Assembly (NCBI RefSeq): GCF_002854065.1
Contig: NZ_CP024147.1
DNA from: Escherichia coli
Lineage (GTDB): Bacteria > Pseudomonadota > Gammaproteobacteria > Enterobacterales > Enterobacteriaceae
DNA length: 64,000 nt
Strand: one strand, 5' to 3'
Numbering within the stretch: the stretch's first letter is position 1; every line of letters begins with the position of its first letter. Of this stretch, positions 56,840-64,000 are shown one piece after another. Position numbers and translations under genes: made by a program. The notes beneath the pieces are model-generated. The model was not told where the DNA came from. It did no database searches and was given only the letters and a program-made list of their open reading frames with translations.

Positions 56840-57937
56840 ATGTCATCTGAAAAACTGTATTCCCCACTGAAAGTGGGCGCAATAACTGCGGCAAACCGTA
56901 TTTTTATGGCACCGCTGACGCGTCTGCGCAGTATTGAACCGGGTGACATCCCTACCCCGTTGATGGCGGAATACTATCGCCAACGTGCCAGTGCCGGTTT
57001 GATTATTAGCGAAGCCACGCAAATTTCTGCCCAGGCAAAAGGGTATGCTGGTGCACCTGGCATCCATAGTCCGGAACAAATTGCCGCATGGAAAAAAATT
57101 ACCGCTGGCGTTCATGCTGAAAATGGACATATGGCCGTACAGCTGTGGCACACCGGACGCATTTCTCACGCCAGCCTGCAACCTGGCGGTCAGGCACCGG
57201 TAGCGCCTTCAGCACTTAGCGCGGGAACACGTACTTCTCTGCGCGATGAAAATGGTCAGGCGATCCGTGTTGAAACATCCATGCCGCGTGCGCTTGAACT
57301 GGAAGAGATTCCAGGTATCGTCAATGATTTCCGTCAGGCCATTGCTAACGCGCGTGAAGCCGGTTTTGATCTGGTAGAGCTCCACTCTGCTCACGGTTAT
57401 TTGCTGCATCAGTTCCTTTCCCCTTCTTCAAACCATCGTACCGATCAGTACGGCGGCAGCGTGGAAAATCGCGCACGTTTGGTACTGGAAGTGGTCGATG
57501 CCGGGATTGAAGAATGGGGTGCCGATCGCATTGGCATTCGCGTTTCGCCAATCGGTACTTTCCAGAACACGGATAACGGCCCGAATGAAGAAGCCGATGC
57601 ACTGTATCTGATTGAACAACTGGGTAAACGCGGCATTGCTTATCTGCATATGTCAGAACCAGATTGGGCGGGGGGTGAACCGTATACTGATGCGTTCCGC
57701 GAAAAAGTACGCGCCCGTTTCCACGGTCCGATTATCGGCGCAGGTGCATACACGGTAGAAAAAGCCGAAACGCTGATTGGCAAAGGGTTAATTGATGCGG
57801 TGGCATTTGGTCGTGACTGGATTGCGAACCCGGATCTGGTCGCCCGCTTGCAGCGCAGAGCTGAGCTTAACCCACAACGTGCCGAAAGTTTCTACGGTGG
57901 CGGCGCGGAAGGCTATACCGATTACCCGACGTTGTAA
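56840..57937 (+). CDS. nemA: N-ethylmaleimide reductase (Old Yellow Enzyme family, FMN)
   Basis: 365 aa TIM-barrel flavoprotein. Confidence 0.95.
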
Positions 57938-58017
57938 TCCAACATTGCGAGCGGCGTAAAGCCGCCGCTATACTAAAACAACATTTTGAATCTGTTAGCC
58001 ATTTTGAGGATAAAAAG

Positions 58018-58425
58018 ATGCGTCTTCTTCATACCATGCTGCGCGTTGGCGATTTGCAACGCTCCATCGATTTTTATACCAAAGTTCTGGGCATGAAACT
58101 GCTGCGTACCAGCGAAAACCCGGAATACAAATACTCACTGGCGTTTGTTGGCTACGGCCCGGAAACCGAAGAAGCGGTGATTGAACTGACCTACAACTGG
58201 GGCGTGGATAAATACGAACTCGGCACTGCTTATGGTCACATCGCGCTTAGCGTAGATAATGCCGCTGAAGCGTGCGAAAAAATCCGTCAAAACGGGGGTA
58301 ACGTGACCCGTGAAGCGGGTCCGGTAAAAGGCGGTACTACGGTTATCGCGTTTGTGGAAGATCCGGACGGTTACAAAATTGAGTTAATCGAAGAGAAAGA
58401 CGCCGGTCGCGGTCTGGGCAACTAA
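58018..58425 (+). CDS. gloA: Glyoxalase I (lactoylglutathione lyase)
   Basis: 135 aa beginning [26 protein letters not shown]. Confidence 0.95.
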
Positions 58426-58527
58426 TCTCCTGCCGGGCGTGAACTCCTCGCGCCCGCATCTTTACTGCATCGACAAGTAATATTTGTCATAATGCGCGCT
58501 GCAATTTATCCGTATTAAGAGAATCAG

Positions 58528-59175
58528 ATGTCCGATAACGCTCAACTTACCGGTCTGTGCGACCGTTTTCGTGGTTTTTATCCTGTTGTGATCGATGTTG
58601 AAACAGCCGGATTTAACGCCAAAACCGATGCGCTGCTTGAGATTGCCGCCATCACCCTGAAAATGGATGAACAAGGCTGGCTGATGCCGGACACCACATT
58701 ACATTTCCACGTCGAACCATTTGTCGGCGCAAATTTGCAACCAGAAGCCCTTGCCTTCAACGGCATTGACCCGAACGATCCCGATCGCGGCGCGGTCAGC
58801 GAATACGAGGCGCTGCACGAAATTTTTAAAGTTGTACGTAAAGGTATTAAAGCGAGCGGCTGTAACCGCGCCATTATGGTGGCGCACAACGCCAATTTCG
58901 ATCACAGCTTTATGATGGCCGCCGCAGAACGCGCCTCACTGAAACGTAACCCGTTCCACCCTTTCGCCACTTTTGACACTGCTGCACTGGCCGGGCTGGC
59001 ACTCGGACAAACCGTATTGTCAAAGGCTTGCCAGACCGCTGGCATGGACTTCGACAGCACCCAGGCGCACTCCGCGCTGTACGACACCGAACGCACTGCG
59101 GTGCTGTTTTGTGAAATCGTCAACCGCTGGAAACGTCTGGGAGGCTGGCCGCTACCTGCCGCCGAAGAGGTGTAA
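58528..59175 (+). CDS. rnt: Ribonuclease T (DEDDh 3'-5' exoribonuclease)
   Basis: 215 aa; DEDD catalytic motifs ([14 protein letters not shown]). Confidence 0.95.
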
Positions 59176-59267
59176 TCGAGTCGATGCCTGATGACATGCA
59201 ATGATTCAGGCATCTATAGTGAGGCTATTCCACGCATCATGCATGATATTCACGGGGAATAGCGTTA

Positions 59268-62200
59268 ATGGCAGATAATCCAAACCCTTCATCGCCCCTG
59301 CCGGACGTGTTTTCACCGGCGACCCGCGACTGGTTTCTTCGCGCCTTTAAACAGCCGACCGCTGTCCAGTCGCAAACCTGGCATGTGGCGGCGCGAGGCG
59401 AACATGCGCTGGTGATTGCACCGACCGGCTCCGGGAAAACGCTGGCAGCATTTCTCTACGCCCTCGATCGGCTCTTCCGCGAAGGCGGCGAAGATACCCG
59501 CGAGGCGCATAAGCGTAAAACCTCACGCATTCTCTATATTTCACCGATAAAAGCCCTGGGCACCGACGTTCAGCGCAACTTGCAGATCCCGTTACAGGGT
59601 ATTGCCGATGAACGGCGGCGGCGCGGCGAAACGGAAGTCAATCTTCGCGTGGGGATCCGTACTGGCGATACGCCTGCACAGGAACGCAGCAAACTCACCC
59701 GTAATCCGCCGGATATTCTGATCACCACACCCGAATCACTCTATCTGATGCTGACCTCCCGCGCGCGCGAAACGCTACGCGGCGTCGAAACGGTAATTAT
59801 TGATGAAGTCCACGCGGTAGCGGGCAGTAAACGTGGTGCGCATCTGGCGTTAAGTCTGGAGCGGCTCGATGCGCTGCTCCACACCTCAGCACAGCGAATT
59901 GGCCTTTCTGCCACTGTGCGCTCAGCCAGCGATGTGGCAGCATTTCTTGGCGGCGATCGCCCGGTTACGGTAGTCAACCCGCCCGCAATGCGCCATCCGC
60001 AGATACGGATTGTCGTACCGGTCGCCAATATGGATGATGTCTCATCGGTCGCCAGCGGCACTAGCGAAGACAGCCATGCCGGCCGGGAAGGCTCCATCTG
60101 GCCATATATTGAAACGGGTATCCTTGATGAAGTGTTGCGCCATCGCTCGACCATTGTCTTTACTAATTCGCGGGGGCTGGCGGAAAAACTGACGGCACGA
60201 TTAAATGAGCTTTACTCCGCACGCTTACAGCGTTCCCCGTCTATCGCCGTTGATGCGGCCCATTTCGAGTCGACCTCCGGCGCAACCTCTAACCGTGTAC
60301 AAAGTAGCGACATTTTTATTGCCCGCTCACACCACGGCTCCGTCTCTAAAGAACAACGAGCAATAACCGAACAGGCGCTGAAATCGGGTGAATTACGCTG
60401 CGTGGTCGCAACTTCCAGTCTCGAACTGGGGATTGATATGGGCGCTGTGGATCTGGTGATTCAGGTGGCAACGCCGCTTTCTGTTGCCAGTGGGTTACAA
60501 CGCATTGGACGTGCCGGACACCAGGTAGGTGGTATCTCCAAAGGGCTTTTTTTCCCCCGAACCAGGCGTGACTTAGTCGATTCCGCAGTCATTGTAGAGT
60601 GTATGTTCGCAGGCAGGCTGGAAAACCTGATACCACCGCATAATCCACTCGACGTCCTTGCGCAGCAAACCGTTGCCGCCGCGGCGATGGATGCATTACA
60701 GGTAGACGAATGGTACTCCCGCGTACGCCGTGCCGCACCGTGGAAAGATCTGACAAGACGTGTTTTTGACGCCACGCTGGATATGCTTTCCGGGCGCTAT
60801 CCCTCTGGCGATTTTTCTGCTTTTCGCCCCAAACTGGTCTGGAACAGGGAGACCGGGATATTGACCGCCCGACCTGGCGCTCAGCTGTTGGCGGTTACCA
60901 GCGGCGGCACCATTCCGGATCGTGGCATGTATAGCGTGTTATTACCCGAAGGGGAAGAACAGGCCGGTTCGCGACGGGTGGGTGAACTGGATGAGGAGAT
61001 GGTATATGAGTCACGGGTGAACGATATTATCACTCTCGGCGCAACCTCATGGCGGATCCAGCAAATCACCCGCGATCAGGTGATTGTGACTCCTGCTCCG
61101 GGTCGTTCTGCCCGGCTCCCCTTCTGGCGTGGTGAAGGTAACGGACGTCCGGCTGAATTAGGCGAGATGATCGGCGATTTTCTTCATTTACTGGCGGATG
61201 GAGCGTTCTTTTCCGGGACTATTCCCCCGTGGCTGGCTGAAGAAAATACGATCGCCAATATTCAGGGGTTGATTGACGAGCAGCGCAACGCGACGGGCAT
61301 CGTTCCGGGGAGTCGTCATCTGGTCCTCGAACGGTGCCGTGATGAAATTGGCGACTGGCGTATTATTTTGCACTCTCCCTATGGAAGACGGGTGCATGAA
61401 CCCTGGGCGCTGGCGATTGCCGGGCGAATACATGCGCTATGGGGCGCTGATGCATCTGTGGTCGCCAGTGATGACGGCATTGTTGCGCGCATTCCTGACA
61501 CTGATGGTAAATTGCCCGACGCCGCGATTTTTTTGTTTGAACCAGAAAAGTTGCTGCAAATTGTCCGCGAGGCGGTAGGCAGTTCGGCACTTTTCGCCGC
61601 CCGTTTTCGCGAATGCGCCGCGCGGGCATTATTAATGCCGGGCCGCACGCCGGGCCATCGCACCCCGCTCTGGCAACAACGGCTGCGCGCCAGTCAGTTG
61701 CTGGAAATCGCTCAGGGATATCCGGATTTTCCGGTCATTCTCGAAACCCTACGCGAATGTCTGCAAGATGTTTATGATCTTCCCGCACTGGAACGTTTGA
61801 TGCGTCGCCTGAACGGTGGCGAAATTCAAATATCCGATGTAACGACTACTACGCCCTCGCCTTTCGCCACAAGTTTATTGTTCGGCTATGTCGCGGAATT
61901 TATGTACCAGAGCGACGCCCCGCTGGCAGAGCGCCGGGCATCCGTACTGTCGCTGGACAGCGAGTTACTGCGCAATCTACTCGGACAGGTCGATCCGGGG
62001 GAATTACTCGACCCGCAGGTCATTCGCCAGGTGGAAGAAGAGTTGCAACGACTGGCTCCTGGCAGAAGAGCGAAAGGTGAAGAAGGATTGTTCGACCTGC
62101 TGCGCGAACTGGGGCCAATGACCGTCGAAGACCTGGCGCAACGGCATACAGGCAGCAGTGAAGAGATTGCGTCGTATCTGGAAAATCTTCTTACAGTAAA

Positions 62201-63884
62201 ACGCATCTTCCCGACGATGATTAGCGGACAGGAGCGTCTTGCCTGTATGGATGATGCCGCCAGGCTGCGCGATGCCCTCGGCGTACAACTACCAGAGTCT
62301 CTGCCAGAGATTTATTTGCATAGAGTCAGTTACCCGCTTCGCGACCTCTTTCTGCGCTATCTCCGGGCTCATGCTCTGGTCACGGCTGAACAACTGGCTC
62401 ATGAGTTTAGTCTCGGTATTGCCATTGTCGAAGAGCAGCTTCAGCAACTGCGCGAACAGGGTCTGGTGATGAATCTGCAACAAGACATCTGGGTGAGCGA
62501 TGAAGTATTTCGTCGTCTGCGTTTGCGCTCGCTGCAAGCCGCCAGAGAAGCGACGCGTCCCGTTGCAGCCACGACCTATGCGCGATTGCTGCTGGAACGT
62601 CAGGGCGTATTACCCGCCACCGATGGTAGCCCGGCGCTCTTTGCCTCAACATCGCCAGGCGTTTATGAGGGCGTGGATGGCGTGATGCGGGTGATCGAAC
62701 AGCTTGCCGGAGTCGGTTTACCCGCCTCACTCTGGGAAAGCCAGATCCTGCCTGCCCGCGTACGCGACTATTCGCCAGAAATGCTCGATGAATTACTGGC
62801 AACCGGAGTGGTTATCTGGTCGGGACAAAAAAAGCTGGGTGAAGATGACGGCCTGGTGGCACTGCATCTACAGGAATATGCCGCAGAATCGTTCACTCCC
62901 GCCGAAGCGGATCAGGCGAATCGTTCGGCGCTGCAGCAAGCGATAGTCGCTGTTCTGGCTGACGGAGGAGCCTGGTTTGCACAACAAATCAGCCAACGGA
63001 TACGCGACAAAATCGGCGAATCGGTTGATCCCTCGGCACTGCAAGAGGCGTTATGGGCGCTGGTCTGGCAAGGCGTCATCACCAGCGATATTTGGGCACC
63101 GTTACGCGCCCTCACCCGCAGCAGTTCCAACGCACGCACCTCAACTCGCCGCAGTCACCGGGCTCGTCGTGGGCGTCCTGTCTATGCACAACCCGTCTCG
63201 CCGCGGGTATCTTACAACACACCAAATCTGGCTGGACGCTGGTCGTTATTGCAGGTGGAGCCACTAAACGATACCGAAAGGATGCTGGCGCTGGCGGAAA
63301 ATATGCTCGACCGCTACGGCATCATCAGTCGTCAGGCGGTGATAGCCGAAAATATCCCTGGCGGGTTTCCATCGATGCAAACGCTTTGTCGAAGTATGGA
63401 AGATTCCGGGCGAATTATGCGAGGTCGTTTTGTAGAAGGTCTGGGTGGCGCGCAATTCGCTGAACGTCTGACTATTGACCGCTTGCGCGACCTGTCGACA
63501 CAAGCCGCGCAAACGCGCCACTATACACCAGTGGCGCTCTCCGCCAACGATCCGGCTAATGTGTGGGGAAATCTTCTGCCCTGGCCTGCACATCCGGCAA
63601 CGCTGGTACCAACGCGTCGGGCGGGTGCGCTGGTGGTCGTTTCTGGCGGCAAATTGTTACTCTATCTGGCGCAAGGTGGCAAAAAAATGCTGGTCTGGCA
63701 GGAAAAAGAGGAATTACTCGCCCCAGAGGTTTTCCACGCGCTGACTACCGCACTGCGTCGCGAACCACGGCTGCGCTTTACGCTAACAGAAGTGAATGAT
63801 CTACCGGTCCGGCAAACGCCGATGTTTACGCTGCTGCGTGAGGCGGGATTTTCAAGTTCGCCACAAGGGCTGGATTGGGGATAG
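59268..63884 (+). CDS. lhr: Large SF2 helicase-related protein Lhr (ATP-dependent)
   Basis: 1538 aa; Walker A APTGSGKT, DEVH box, helicase motif VI and a long C-terminal extension. Confidence 0.95.
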   Translation: MADNPNPSSPLPDVFSPATRDWFLRAFKQPTAVQSQTWHVAARGEHALVIAPTGSGKTLAAFLYALDRLFREGGEDTREAHKRKTSRILYISPIKALGTDVQRNLQIPLQGIADERRRRGETEVNLRVGIRTGDTPAQERSKLTRNPPDILITTPESLYLMLTSRARETLRGVETVIIDEVHAVAGSKRGAHLALSLERLDALLHTSAQRIGLSATVRSASDVAAFLGGDRPVTVVNPPAMRHPQIRIVVPVANMDDVSSVASGTSEDSHAGREGSIWPYIETGILDEVLRHRSTIVFTNSRGLAEKLTARLNELYSARLQRSPSIAVDAAHFESTSGATSNRVQSSDIFIARSHHGSVSKEQRAITEQALKSGELRCVVATSSLELGIDMGAVDLVIQVATPLSVASGLQRIGRAGHQVGGISKGLFFPRTRRDLVDSAVIVECMFAGRLENLIPPHNPLDVLAQQTVAAAAMDALQVDEWYSRVRRAAPWKDLTRRVFDATLDMLSGRYPSGDFSAFRPKLVWNRETGILTARPGAQLLAVTSGGTIPDRGMYSVLLPEGEEQAGSRRVGELDEEMVYESRVNDIITLGATSWRIQQITRDQVIVTPAPGRSARLPFWRGEGNGRPAELGEMIGDFLHLLADGAFFSGTIPPWLAEENTIANIQGLIDEQRNATGIVPGSRHLVLERCRDEIGDWRIILHSPYGRRVHEPWALAIAGRIHALWGADASVVASDDGIVARIPDTDGKLPDAAIFLFEPEKLLQIVREAVGSSALFAARFRECAARALLMPGRTPGHRTPLWQQRLRASQLLEIAQGYPDFPVILETLRECLQDVYDLPALERLMRRLNGGEIQISDVTTTTPSPFATSLLFGYVAEFMYQSDAPLAERRASVLSLDSELLRNLLGQVDPGELLDPQVIRQVEEELQRLAPGRRAKGEEGLFDLLRELGPMTVEDLAQRHTGSSEEIASYLENLLTVKRIFPTMISGQERLACMDDAARLRDALGVQLPESLPEIYLHRVSYPLRDLFLRYLRAHALVTAEQLAHEFSLGIAIVEEQLQQLREQGLVMNLQQDIWVSDEVFRRLRLRSLQAAREATRPVAATTYARLLLERQGVLPATDGSPALFASTSPGVYEGVDGVMRVIEQLAGVGLPASLWESQILPARVRDYSPEMLDELLATGVVIWSGQKKLGEDDGLVALHLQEYAAESFTPAEADQANRSALQQAIVAVLADGGAWFAQQISQRIRDKIGESVDPSALQEALWALVWQGVITSDIWAPLRALTRSSSNARTSTRRSHRARRGRPVYAQPVSPRVSYNTPNLAGRWSLLQVEPLNDTERMLALAENMLDRYGIISRQAVIAENIPGGFPSMQTLCRSMEDSGRIMRGRFVEGLGGAQFAERLTIDRLRDLSTQAAQTRHYTPVALSANDPANVWGNLLPWPAHPATLVPTRRAGALVVVSGGKLLLYLAQGGKKMLVWQEKEELLAPEVFHALTTALRREPRLRFTLTEVNDLPVRQTPMFTLLREAGFSSSPQGLDWG

Positions 63885-63892
63885 AGAAAGGA

Positions 63893-63920
63893 CTGACGGA
63901 TGCCCGTTCGCATCCGTCAG
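63893..63920. terminator. Bidirectional terminator hairpin between convergent lhr and grxD
   Basis: 11-bp perfect stem CTGACGGATGC / GCATCCGTCAG with loop CCGTTC; T-rich flank on the minus strand. Confidence 0.5.
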
Positions 63921-63934
63921 TATTGCAGGACGGA

Positions 63935-64000
63935 TTATTCCGCGTCCGGCTCTTCAGACTTGTATTTAGCGGCAGTTTCTTTGATCAGCTGCTGCAGTTC
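63935..64000 (-). CDS. grxD: Monothiol glutaredoxin Grx4, 3' end only (start lies beyond window)
   Basis: Minus-strand translation ends ELQQLIKETAAKYKSEEPDAE then stop, consistent with the GrxD C-terminus and its position after lhr. Confidence 0.75.
   Translation of the reverse strand, partial: ELQQLIKETAAKYKSEEPDAE

Overview
This window reads as a conserved Escherichia coli chromosomal segment with K-12-like gene order (ynfM-asr-ydgU-ydgD-mdtIJ-tqsA-pntBA-ydgH-ydgI-folM-ydgC-rstAB-tus-fumCA-manA-ydgA-uidCBA-uidR-hdhA-malI-malXY-add-ydgJ-blr-cnu-ydgK-rsxABCDGE-nth-dtpA-gstA-pdxY-tyrS-pdxH-mliC-anmK-slyB-slyA-ydhIJK-sodC-ydhF-ydhL-nemR-nemA-gloA-rnt-lhr-grxD). Gene identities come from my recognition of the translated ORFs and their order; nothing was searched against a database. 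I found no tRNA, rRNA, CRISPR array, integrase, prophage or defence-island hallmarks, and I do not see evidence for a novel undescribed system here. The one clear structural departure from the reference arrangement is a complete 768-bp IS1 with a perfect 9-bp target-site duplication inserted in the 3' part of uidB (gusB). Other points worth a second look are a tandem 96-bp (32-codon) repeat array inside rsxC, a Ter (TerB-like) site just upstream of tus, several operator-like palindromes (malI/malX, nemR, uidR/uidA, asr), two short protein genes missing from the ORF track (ydgU, blr), and the poorly characterised ydhIJK efflux-like operon divergent from slyA. Several ORF-track starts were moved to internal ATG/GTG/TTG codons that match the known protein N-termini and have a ribosome-binding site.
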